Shown here piece by piece: positions 48,313-56,162 of a DNA stretch of 64,000 nt. The DNA comes from Escherichia coli (GTDB lineage: Bacteria; Pseudomonadota; Gammaproteobacteria; Enterobacterales; Enterobacteriaceae): the NCBI GenBank assembly GCA_005400705.1, contig GCA_005400705.1_4079.1. One strand, 5' to 3'. The notes beneath the pieces are model-generated. The model had not been told where the DNA came from. It did no database searches and was given only the letters and a program-made list of their open reading frames with translations. The position numbers and the translations under genes were made by a program. The first letter of the stretch is position 1; every line of letters begins with the position of its first letter.

Positions 48313-48787
48313 TATCAACCATATTTAATTTACCGTCCTTAATCAGCTTTCTAGCTTGCTTTACACGAGCAGTAGTGTTACTACCAGGGACAACTCCTAA
48401 CCCTTCCAGAATCGCGTTTTGCTGTGTTGCTGGAAGCCTTTTAAACTTATTAACATCCACAGTTAGTGCTGTGTGATGTATGACTTGCTCTTCAGGTGGA
48501 ATGTTATTGTTCTTTTCAAGATAATCTGCCAGATTTCTTAGTACTTCATGAAGAGGTTTATCAGTTAAATGGCCCAGACAGCGTTTAAATGAATTTGCGA
48601 CCCTTCCTTCCCATCCATTCACCTCATTTTGAAGAACCTGTCTACAATGTTGATTTCCACCATGATAGTGGTCAAGTACTGGTTTAGTTATTTTTATTCC
48701 TATAATGGGGTCAATACCATTTTGTTTTTTTAGTAGTTCTTTTCTGTAAGCTGCTGCTTCATTGGGATTTTTCAATCTCTTTTTCAT
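48296..48787 (-). CDS. HNH / endonuclease VII-like (beta-beta-alpha-Me) nuclease
   Basis: 163 aa with LDHYHGGNQHCRQVLQNEVNGWEG resembling the His-Me finger core of T4 endonuclease VII / HNH proteins, as recalled from memory. Confidence 0.4.
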   Translation of the reverse strand: MKKRLKNPNEAAAYRKELLKKQNGIDPIIGIKITKPVLDHYHGGNQHCRQVLQNEVNGWEGRVANSFKRCLGHLTDKPLHEVLRNLADYLEKNNNIPPEEQVIHHTALTVDVNKFKRLPATQQNAILEGLGVVPGSNTTARVKQARKLIKDGKLNMVDIKKGS

Positions 48788-48793
48788 AGCGTT

Positions 48794-48822
48794 TTGTCCT
48801 GTTTCTGTAAATAATGTATATT
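48794..48822 (+). promoter_or_regulatory. putative sigma70 promoter of the homing endonuclease gene (TTGTCC-N17-TATATT)
   Basis: -35-like TTGTCC 48794-48799 and -10-like TATATT 48817-48822 upstream of ATG 48848; weaker match than the other promoters. Confidence 0.3.
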
Positions 48823-48847
48823 AAAAAGTTTTGTGAGGTACACAAGA

Positions 48848-49804
48848 ATGGCTAAAATTACACAACAACAATTCATAGATAAATCAATGAATATTCATGG
48901 TAGTATTTACACATACAATAAAACAATATATGTCAATGCACACCATCCAATAACTGTTACGTGTAACATTCACGGTGACTTCACAGTAGTTCCTAATAAA
49001 CACATTTCTGCAAAACAAGGTTGTCCAGTTTGTTCTGATATTGCAAAGAAAGAACGAAAGTCTAAAAAATCTCTGGGGTCATTCTTCACTGAAGCTACCG
49101 AAGTTCATGGTGATAAGTATGATTACTCAAAAGTGTTTTTTAACATTCGTTCAGAAAAGATTACTATTATATGCAAAGAAAAAGGTCATGGTGAATTTAA
49201 TCAAGTAGTTAGTAATCATCTATCTGGACAAGGTTGCCCTGAATGTGCCAAAATTCAAAATGGATTAAAGAAGAGAACTCCAGAAGATGTGTTCTTTGAA
49301 GATTGTAAGTTCATACACATGGATAATTATGATTACTCTAATACAAAATATAATGGCATGTATGAAACCATTACACCATTATGTAAGAGACATGGGGAAT
49401 TCACCGTACTAGCTACTAAGCATTATCATAGAAAACAAGGGTGTCCAGTTTGTTCAGACCAAGAACTAAAATCAAAACCTGTTATTGAAATTCAGAATTT
49501 TTTAAAAACGTGTGATATAATGTTTGAAATGGAAAAGAAATTTGATAGTTGTAAAAACATCAATCATTTACCATTTGATTTTTATATTCCTGAACTTAAT
49601 CTACTAATAGAATATGATGGTATCCAACACTTCAAACCAATAGAATACTTCGGTGGAGAAGAAGGTTTAGCTGAACAACAACGAAATGATGAAATTAAGA
49701 ATAAGTATTGTTATGATAATAATATTACTTTACTTAGAATAAAGTATTCAGATGACCACATTAAAATTATAAAAGACTTCATATCAAAAAATATAAATTA
49801 TTGA
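48848..49804 (+). CDS. free-standing homing endonuclease-like protein: zinc-ribbon repeat array plus Vsr/PD-(D/E)xK-type nuclease domain
   Basis: Three ~45-aa repeats ending in GCPxC (YDYS...HG.F...GCPVCSD) followed by LLIEYDGIQHF...RND.IKN...LLRI resembling the very-short-patch-repair-like endonuclease fold; ORF-track start is GTG at 48833; ATG 48848 has a GAGG RBS. Confidence 0.6.
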   Translation: MAKITQQQFIDKSMNIHGSIYTYNKTIYVNAHHPITVTCNIHGDFTVVPNKHISAKQGCPVCSDIAKKERKSKKSLGSFFTEATEVHGDKYDYSKVFFNIRSEKITIICKEKGHGEFNQVVSNHLSGQGCPECAKIQNGLKKRTPEDVFFEDCKFIHMDNYDYSNTKYNGMYETITPLCKRHGEFTVLATKHYHRKQGCPVCSDQELKSKPVIEIQNFLKTCDIMFEMEKKFDSCKNINHLPFDFYIPELNLLIEYDGIQHFKPIEYFGGEEGLAEQQRNDEIKNKYCYDNNITLLRIKYSDDHIKIIKDFISKNINY

Positions 49805-49816
49805 ATAGTTTTTATG

Positions 49817-49850
49817 AACCAAGTAATGTTTTGTTACTTGGTTTTTTTAT
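49817..49850 (+). terminator. intrinsic terminator
   Basis: AACCAAGTAA / TTACTTGGTT 10-bp stem with 7-nt loop followed by TTTTTTTAT. Confidence 0.75.
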
Positions 49851-49897
49851 ACTTCAAAAATGTACTAAGTACTTTTTTATTTTTTTATGATATTAGT

Positions 49898-49925
49898 GGG
49901 AAGATTTTAAAAATGGTGCTATAAT
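49898..49925 (+). promoter_or_regulatory. sigma70-type early promoter (GGGAAG-N16-TGcTATAAT) with no ORF downstream
   Basis: GTGGGAAG 49896-49903, 16-nt spacer, extended -10 TGcTATAAT 49917-49925; near-identical core to the gp55 promoter. Confidence 0.55.
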
Positions 49926-49973
49926 GTTTGTTGTAGTAATGACAATCCTGTTGAATGCAGAAATGCATATAAA

Positions 49974-50060
49974 TTAGAACCTGATCCTATCGAAAATGTA
50001 GATGGCAGATGAGCAGTTCAACAGTGCGATGAGCAAAAGAAACCCGTTAGATGTGGGCAT
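49974..50060 (-). CDS. candidate 28-aa hydrophobic peptide (MPTSNGFLLLIALLNCSSAIYIFDRIRF), antisense to the putative ncRNA
   Basis: ATG 50058-50060 on the minus strand preceded by GAGGGG at 8-nt spacing; predicted single hydrophobic helix; no convincing minus-strand promoter found. Confidence 0.2.
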   Translation of the reverse strand: MPTSNGFLLLIALLNCSSAIYIFDRIRF

Positions 50061-50362
50061 AGTTTGAACCCCTCACGGCAATGCGGCTCAATAAAGAACT
50101 CCGATAAGCATACAGAGAGTTCCTAGATAGACATATAAGGATCGCACCTTACCAGATTTGCTAAGGGAGTTTATTAAGTGATTTTAATAAACAGCCTGAA
50201 GTTTGATTGTATAGACTTTCAGGTGAGTGTCAGGATGATTAAGACTGACGACCGTTGCACATGACTGCGATAGAGAGAAACAGAGCAACCCGCTTTCGTT
50301 CTTAATATATTTTTAAGAAATTCGCAATACAATAAATGCTGAAACCATCAGCGTCAAGAAAT

Positions 50363-50388
50363 AGAGACTTCATTGTCTCTTTTTTATT
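50363..50388 (+). terminator. intrinsic terminator (AGAGAC-TTCATT-GTCTCT, TTTTTTATT)
   Basis: 6-bp stem with 6-nt loop followed by a T-tract; a second GC-rich 9-bp hairpin (50393-50414, UGCG loop, one U-G pair) follows with no T-tract. Confidence 0.6.
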
Positions 50389-50600
50389 GTCTTCATTCCC
50401 CTGCGGGGGGATGAAAATGTCCTCAACAAATCCCGTCAAGTATTAAATCTTTTAAAGTTCTTTATAATTAATTTAATTAAATGAATATGAGTTACGTAGT
50501 AACGAATATTCTTCAGCTAACGAATGAAATGAGTTAGATGAATCTAATAATATTAAAATTAATCCTTTCATAATTCAATTCAAATAATTCTGTAGTTTAA

Positions 50601-50630
50601 AACCAAAAAAACCAGCAACAATGTGCTGGC
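50601..50630 (-). terminator. intrinsic terminator after the 69-aa/278-aa operon
   Basis: CCAGCA-CATTGT-TGCTGG hairpin on the minus strand followed by TTTTTTTGG. Confidence 0.6.
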
Positions 50631-50640
50631 TATATGAAAA

Positions 50641-50850
50641 TTAGTGCTTCTCGTTTTGTTTTTTAATTTTTTTATTAAAAGACTTAACTAATAAGTCTCT
50701 ATCTATTAATGGCATATTAAGGAGTGTTCCATAGTCAATGTTATCCATATATACAGAACATTCCATTAGTGCATTTTTGATTTCTGACTTATTCAGTTCT
50801 ATCTCCTTCAGTACTTCTTGTATTTCTTCAGGAGATGACTGGAGAAGCAT
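50641..50850 (-). CDS. small hypothetical protein
   Basis: 69-aa ORF whose start overlaps the stop of the upstream 278-aa gene by one base. Confidence 0.45.
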   Translation of the reverse strand: MLLQSSPEEIQEVLKEIELNKSEIKNALMECSVYMDNIDYGTLLNMPLIDRDLLVKSFNKKIKKQNEKH

Positions 50851-51686
50851 TACTCGAAAAAATGACTAGGATCATATTTTAGTCCATCAATTTCCCATTG
50901 ATGATTACATCCATCACATTCTACTTCCATACTATGAGATACACCAATTTCAAGTACTTCATCCATTTTTTCACGAATTAGTTTAAGTACTCCCTTCGAT
51001 TGTTGTCCAAGCCATTCATTAATAAATTCTTTTTCAACTACTTCATCACCATCTGGTGTTATAATTTTTGCAATAACTCCACCAATCATATCGAAGTTAA
51101 GTTGAGCCATGTTTTCAAATACTTCAGAAAATATTTTTACTTTTTCATCTTTATCAATATCAGCAGTTTCAAGAAACTTAGTCTTCTGCTGCTCACTGAA
51201 CATGCGTTCAGCAAACGATGAATATTCTTTCCATGTCAGTGGTCTAAATTCTAAACGTAGTCCATTATCTAAATCAATTGATGGGATTTCTTCAAATGCT
51301 TGTGCAGTTTCAAGAAGATATGATAGATTACGTTCAAATCGACCTTCTTTTTCACATTCAGGACATACAACGTTAATATCATATGTTTCTTCTTTAGAAG
51401 CAACTTTAATAGCAATAAGAAGCATTTCAACGTCATTTACATACAACTCATCAGCGTCAATTACATTAGGAACACAGTTTTCAATAACACGGGATACTGC
51501 ATCTCCGTTTAGTAACATATCGGGGGTATTAAGTGTCATTTCATCACGTGCACTACGTGCACAAACTCCACATTTGACACCTTTTGGACCTAGAACTCCT
51601 TCTTTATAAGGAATAACGCCGTTTGTAACTAACTTAGTACTGATCTCTTCAATTTTAGTGTACTTAGCAAGTGGATTCATAGCCAT
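50850..51686 (-). CDS. late protein with three CxxC motifs (function unassigned)
   Basis: 278 aa; CGVC, CPEC and CDGC spaced through the protein; GGAGA RBS; late promoter upstream. Confidence 0.55.
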   Translation of the reverse strand: MAMNPLAKYTKIEEISTKLVTNGVIPYKEGVLGPKGVKCGVCARSARDEMTLNTPDMLLNGDAVSRVIENCVPNVIDADELYVNDVEMLLIAIKVASKEETYDINVVCPECEKEGRFERNLSYLLETAQAFEEIPSIDLDNGLRLEFRPLTWKEYSSFAERMFSEQQKTKFLETADIDKDEKVKIFSEVFENMAQLNFDMIGGVIAKIITPDGDEVVEKEFINEWLGQQSKGVLKLIREKMDEVLEIGVSHSMEVECDGCNHQWEIDGLKYDPSHFFE

Positions 51687-51720
51687 TTTATTAAATCTCC
51701 ATGTAATAAATGTGTTTTAG

Positions 51721-51728
51721 TATTTATA
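51721..51728 (-). promoter_or_regulatory. T4-type late promoter (TATAAATA)
   Basis: Exact TATAAATA on the minus strand 34 nt upstream of the 278-aa gene ATG. Confidence 0.5.
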
Positions 51729-51776
51729 AGACTAAAAAAGATTAAATTAAACTAATTTTTATATTCTCTATAGTTT

Positions 51777-51784
51777 CATAAATA
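51777..51784 (+). promoter_or_regulatory. late promoter-like element (CATAAATA)
   Basis: One-mismatch TATAAATA variant 32 nt upstream of the 734-aa gene ATG, divergent from the promoter at 51721. Confidence 0.3.
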
Positions 51785-51816
51785 TTTCTATAATACATCT
51801 ATTAAAAGGGAATGTT

Positions 51817-54021
51817 ATGGCTGGAAATACAAGTGATTACCTACTCCAGCAGTTGGTTAATCAAACTAAAGATAACAACGATAGTTTGAGTGCTATTCGT
51901 GAGTTATTGGCTGAAAATATAAAAAATGATAGAAAGAAATCCGGTTCTAAAAGTGGAAAACGTAATGGAAGTAATTCATCAAGTACTGGAAACCGTGGCT
52001 CTCGAACAAATAACAAAGCTGATGATGGTAAAGAATTTGGAAAAATATTCAAATCATTATCATCTGAAGTATCGAATGTCGGCAAAACTATGATGAGTAC
52101 GTCTGCAAACGTTAGCAATGTTGTAAACTCACTAGGAATGAGTGCATCTTCATTTGCTGGTTCATTAGCAATGATCCCAGGTCCAGTTGGTGCAGCAGCA
52201 TCTGCATTCAAATTGGTTGCTGACGCTGGTTTAGCAGTTTATAATGTGTTAAATGCACAGCTTGAAGTTTATAATAGAATAAACAGTGCTGGTGTCGCTC
52301 TATCTGAAGGTTACGGCTCCATATTAAAAGGTGCTGGTGCATCAATGATGAGTATTGATGCATTTGGTGAAGCATTACAAACTCATAGTGCCGTTGTTGC
52401 ACAATTAGATGGTGCATATGGTGATGGTGTTTCTACATTTGGTAAATTATTGGGTACTGTGCAACAAGCACAAAATCAATTAGGTTTATATGGTGTTTCT
52501 CAAAAAACATTAACTGATTTAACTGCACGTAATATTAAATTCCAAAAGCAATTTGGTGGAAGAGAAATGTTACGTAGTATGGATCAAGCAAAAAGTACTG
52601 AACAGTTTATCATGAGTATGACTAAGTTTAGTAAAAGTATGGGTGAGTCAGTTGATGCACTATTAAATAAAACACAAAACTTAGATAAATCATTAGACAC
52701 ACGTTCAATGCAAATCGCATTACAAAACTATTCTGGATTATCTAGTAAAGCAGCAGTTGCAACATCAAAAGCATTTAACGAAGCTGCTGCCAGTATGGGT
52801 GATGCTGGTGCAGATTTTCTACGTTTAATTTCACATCGTTTAACTATTGGTGGAGTACCAGATGATTTATTGACTCCAGTACTGAACCAATTTGCTGATT
52901 TAGGTGAGAACTTGGTACGTAGTGGTGTTACTGATTCACAAGAAATTCGCCGTCAACAATTGGAATTTGTTAAAAAGAACAAAGAACTAATAAAGCAAGA
53001 TTTATTAAATCAGATACAATTAGGAAACACTACGGCAGCAACCTTCAACCAACAACTACTTGATATGGAAGCTGCGATTAATGATCCTAAGAGTCAACCA
53101 GCAGATAAACTAACACAATTCACTGATAGATTCAATAGATGGATTAGTAAAGAATTTACTGAACCATTTAATAAAATGTATGCAGATACACAAAATTCTA
53201 TTGCGGATTACCTTACTGATATTGCAGACCGTACTGATGGTGCATGGGAATTCATCGGAGAGTTAGCACTTGATGGTTTTGGTTTGGTTCCTATTGCGAA
53301 AGATGCAGTTGCGTATTTGGATAGGATTGGTGGTGAGTTTGAGCAGTGGTTAGAAGGGTTAGGTACTGAAATTTTTGGTAGTGGATATAATAAAGTTTCA
53401 GAAGCATTTGATAGCTTTATGAATAACCTAATGGATCTTCCTGGTAAACTTTGGGATTCTGTTAAAGGTTGGTTTGGTGGTTCAGACGACAAAGTAAAAG
53501 TAGAAAACAATTCTGTTACCGATGGTGCAGAAAAAGTTAATAATTATTTTGAAGAAAAAATGAATTCATTTGGTGATTATATTTCTAGTTCATTTGATGG
53601 TTTTTTAAAATGGAATTCAAGTAGAAACTTTAAACAACCAAAACCCCTTGATGAATCAGTTGCTGAAAAACTTATTAGTAGTGGTCTTGAAAATAAGCCA
53701 AGAGCAACTGCGAGAATCGAAAAATCTGAACATGTTGCACCATATGTTACCATAACTCCAAAAACTTTTGATAAATCAGCATGGGGTCCAAATGAACCAC
53801 CAATTCAAGCTGAACCGGACGATTATGAGGCCATGAAAGCGATGATAAATAGTGGTAGTAGTATGGCAAATGCTAATAATAATGCCACAATATCAGAAGA
53901 CATGAAAGAGTTACTTAAAAAACTTGCTGATGTTAATGAGCAATCTCTATCTGCTGTGCAACAGACAAATAACTATCTAAGAACTATCTCTGAAAACACT
54001 CAAGGTGAGAGAAACAGTTAA
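51817..54021 (+). CDS. virion protein upstream of portal (possible tape-measure-like or internal head protein)
   Basis: 734 aa, predicted largely alpha-helical with Ala/Gly/Ser-rich tracts and an N-terminal Ser/Asn/Lys-rich region; function not assigned. Confidence 0.5.
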   Translation: MAGNTSDYLLQQLVNQTKDNNDSLSAIRELLAENIKNDRKKSGSKSGKRNGSNSSSTGNRGSRTNNKADDGKEFGKIFKSLSSEVSNVGKTMMSTSANVSNVVNSLGMSASSFAGSLAMIPGPVGAAASAFKLVADAGLAVYNVLNAQLEVYNRINSAGVALSEGYGSILKGAGASMMSIDAFGEALQTHSAVVAQLDGAYGDGVSTFGKLLGTVQQAQNQLGLYGVSQKTLTDLTARNIKFQKQFGGREMLRSMDQAKSTEQFIMSMTKFSKSMGESVDALLNKTQNLDKSLDTRSMQIALQNYSGLSSKAAVATSKAFNEAAASMGDAGADFLRLISHRLTIGGVPDDLLTPVLNQFADLGENLVRSGVTDSQEIRRQQLEFVKKNKELIKQDLLNQIQLGNTTAATFNQQLLDMEAAINDPKSQPADKLTQFTDRFNRWISKEFTEPFNKMYADTQNSIADYLTDIADRTDGAWEFIGELALDGFGLVPIAKDAVAYLDRIGGEFEQWLEGLGTEIFGSGYNKVSEAFDSFMNNLMDLPGKLWDSVKGWFGGSDDKVKVENNSVTDGAEKVNNYFEEKMNSFGDYISSSFDGFLKWNSSRNFKQPKPLDESVAEKLISSGLENKPRATARIEKSEHVAPYVTITPKTFDKSAWGPNEPPIQAEPDDYEAMKAMINSGSSMANANNNATISEDMKELLKKLADVNEQSLSAVQQTNNYLRTISENTQGERNS

Positions 54022-54032
54022 GGACGAAAATA

Positions 54033-55772
54033 ATGAGTTGGAAACGACATATGACAGTGGGAAGGTCTAAACTATCGACCATCCCAAATCAGTCCAGTAA
54101 TAGCAATAAATCAACAGGAACGAAAACAAATTTCGCTTCCTATCTTCCTGTTGTATATAATGGATTGGCAAACCGTACTGAGCGTTATAGTCAGTATGAG
54201 CAAATGGACCAAGATCCTGAAATTAGAACTGCATTGAATATAATTGCTGACTTTTGTACCCAAAGTACTGAAGATTTTGGTTTACCATATAAAATCAAAT
54301 ATAAAGATGATATTGGTGATACTGAAGTAACGACTATTGAAGATCGTTTAGATGCATGGACTGAACAAAATGATTTTAAAACACGAATGTATGAAATTGT
54401 GCGTGGTCTTCTGAAATATGGTGATCAATTTTTCATTCGAGATCCAGAAACATTCGATTGGTATTGGGTAAGTCCCAAAAATGTTGAGCAAGTATTTGTT
54501 AACGAAGCCACTGGTAAAACACCAGTAATTTATTATATACGTGACGTATCATTAAATTTGAAAGATAAAGTTTTTAGTAACCTTCAAGTAGGATTTGATA
54601 AAACCGCTTATCCAGGAGCTATTCCGACAACAATGGGTGGTGGTGGTTCAGTAGCTGCGGGTGGTGCATCTGGTTTTACAAGTCAAGGAAATACTGCTGA
54701 TCCATTCAGTACTAACGGTCAATTAGACGTTATTCCTGTTGGTGCAGAACACGTAATTCATCTAACGCTAAATACAGGACAAGATGGGGTATGGCCTTTT
54801 GGTACTAGTATACTTGAGGACGTATTTAAAGTCTATAAGCAAAAAGAACTTCTGGAAGATAGTATCATAATTTATCGTGTACAACGTGCACCTGAGCGTC
54901 GTGTATTTAAAATTGATGTTGGTGATATGCAAGCACACCAAGCAATGGCTTATGTTGAAAGATTTAAAAATGAAATCCACCAGCGTAGAATACCTTCAAA
55001 CAAAGGTGGAAGTACTTCATTAATGGATGCAGCATATAATCCATTAAGCATTTTAGAAGACTACTTTTTCCCACAAACTTCTGAAGGTCGTGGTTCAGAT
55101 GTTCAAACATTACCAGGCGGTGATAACTTAGGACAAATTGATGACTTACGTTATTTCAATAATAAATTGATTCGTGGTCTTCAAATACCAGCTTCTTATC
55201 TACCACAAGGTCCAGATGATGGTGGTGTTTCATTATTTGGTGATGGTGCTACACAAGCTATGGCAAGTGAATTGCGATTCAATAATCAATGTATGCGTTA
55301 TCAACGTTTAGTTGCAAAACATTTTGATGCTGAATTCAAAAGATTTATGGTTAAAAATGGATATAACATTAGTACTTCATCTTTTGAAGTTATTATGAAT
55401 CCACCTATTAACTTAGCTTCTTATCGTAAAGCTGAACTAGATGCTAAACTAATTAATACATATCTTCCTCTTAATGACTTGCCTTATATGGCGAAACAAA
55501 CAATTCTTGAAAAAATGGGCTTTTCTAAAGCTGATATTGTTAAGAATGAACAAATGTGGTTACAAGAGAATCCACAAGATGGTTCCCAACCTTCTGGTGG
55601 TGAAGAAGATTCCGCAGGATTACAGTCTGTTGGTATTGATGCTCCAAATGATCCTGGAATGGATCTTGGTATTGATGGAGAAGGTAATTTGGAAAGTGCT
55701 GATGCCGAATACCAAGAGCAACAGAGTGGAAGTGGTGGTTTCAACCCTAATAATTTAGGCAATTCTTTTTAA
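54033..55772 (+). CDS. portal protein (gp20-like)
   Basis: 579 aa; IYRVQRAPERRVFKIDVGDM...QTLPGGDNLGQIDDLRYFNNKLIRGLQIP parallels the T4 gp20 core ([20 protein letters not shown]...DTLPGADNTGNMEDIRWF...) as recalled from memory. Confidence 0.85.
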   Translation: MSWKRHMTVGRSKLSTIPNQSSNSNKSTGTKTNFASYLPVVYNGLANRTERYSQYEQMDQDPEIRTALNIIADFCTQSTEDFGLPYKIKYKDDIGDTEVTTIEDRLDAWTEQNDFKTRMYEIVRGLLKYGDQFFIRDPETFDWYWVSPKNVEQVFVNEATGKTPVIYYIRDVSLNLKDKVFSNLQVGFDKTAYPGAIPTTMGGGGSVAAGGASGFTSQGNTADPFSTNGQLDVIPVGAEHVIHLTLNTGQDGVWPFGTSILEDVFKVYKQKELLEDSIIIYRVQRAPERRVFKIDVGDMQAHQAMAYVERFKNEIHQRRIPSNKGGSTSLMDAAYNPLSILEDYFFPQTSEGRGSDVQTLPGGDNLGQIDDLRYFNNKLIRGLQIPASYLPQGPDDGGVSLFGDGATQAMASELRFNNQCMRYQRLVAKHFDAEFKRFMVKNGYNISTSSFEVIMNPPINLASYRKAELDAKLINTYLPLNDLPYMAKQTILEKMGFSKADIVKNEQMWLQENPQDGSQPSGGEEDSAGLQSVGIDAPNDPGMDLGIDGEGNLESADAEYQEQQSGSGGFNPNNLGNSF

Positions 55773-55793
55773 ACATAAATAACAGTGTATAAG

Positions 55794-55819
55794 AATGAGG
55801 GTTTATTTTTACCCTCATT
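55794..55819 (+). terminator. stem-loop after portal (possible attenuator or partial terminator)
   Basis: Perfect 9-bp stem AATGAGGGT / ACCCTCATT with U-rich 8-nt loop, followed by TATAATGCATATTT rather than a clean T-tract. Confidence 0.3.
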
Positions 55820-55845
55820 TATAATGCATATTTCAAGGAGATCAA

Positions 55846-56073
55846 ATGTTAAAGGACATCTTTGAATCTAGCAGTGATTCAATGTACGACCCTGAAGATG
55901 ATCAGAACGTATATAAAATTACTGATTCCAGAAAACCGAAACTAACATTACAAGTATTAAACAACTTAAGAAAGTACCGTGAATTTAAAGCACATGAAGA
56001 ACAACGCCGCAAAAATGTGGTTGCAGTTGTTTATGCCGCTGCACCAACAGGTGACGGTTCTGGGTTAATGTAA
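55846..56073 (+). CDS. small prohead core-like protein (gp67-like position)
   Basis: 75-aa ORF with AAGGAGA RBS between portal and the acidic protein; assignment by position only. Confidence 0.4.
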   Translation: MLKDIFESSSDSMYDPEDDQNVYKITDSRKPKLTLQVLNNLRKYREFKAHEEQRRKNVVAVVYAAAPTGDGSGLM

Positions 56074-56162
56074 ATCAAAAATCGCACTTTTTAAAGCTTT
56101 TAAAAAAGGCGATTTTATTCAGTACTAAATAATATCATACTTTATACGAATGTAATATATCT

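Larger units (their letters stand above)
48788..49850 (+). mobile_element. homing endonuclease gene cassette (promoter, HEG, terminator) inserted after gp46
   Basis: Self-contained unit with its own putative promoter and terminator between conserved core genes; paralogue of the cassette at 60147-61341. Confidence 0.45.
49932..50390 (+). ncRNA. putative ~450-nt structured non-coding RNA of unknown class
   Basis: Promoter at 49898-49925 and intrinsic terminator at 50363-50388 bracket a region with no ORF of 60 aa or more in any frame; GC richer than flanks; local GNRA-capped hairpin AUGCA-GAAA-UGCAU at 49954-49967; no tRNA T-loop consensus seen. Confidence 0.4.

Noticed and set aside
50178-50264. 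28-codon plus-strand ORF starting at GTG with an AAGGGAG RBS inside the candidate RNA
   Set aside because: GTG start, tiny size and no compositional support; kept only as a caveat that the transcript could encode a micropeptide.
49860-50640. tRNA genes, CRISPR array or group I intron in the ORF-free region
   Set aside because: No GTTCRANYC-type T-loop with matching acceptor stem found by eye, no direct repeat-spacer periodicity, and no flanking exon frames; the region is therefore reported as an unclassified RNA candidate. This was not checked with tRNAscan or a covariance model.
51109-51609. 166-aa plus-strand ORF
   Set aside because: Entirely antisense within the 278-aa minus-strand gene that has an RBS and late promoter.
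55784-55819. Stem-loop after portal as a strong terminator
   Set aside because: Perfect stem but no clean downstream T-tract; retained only as a low-confidence attenuator.
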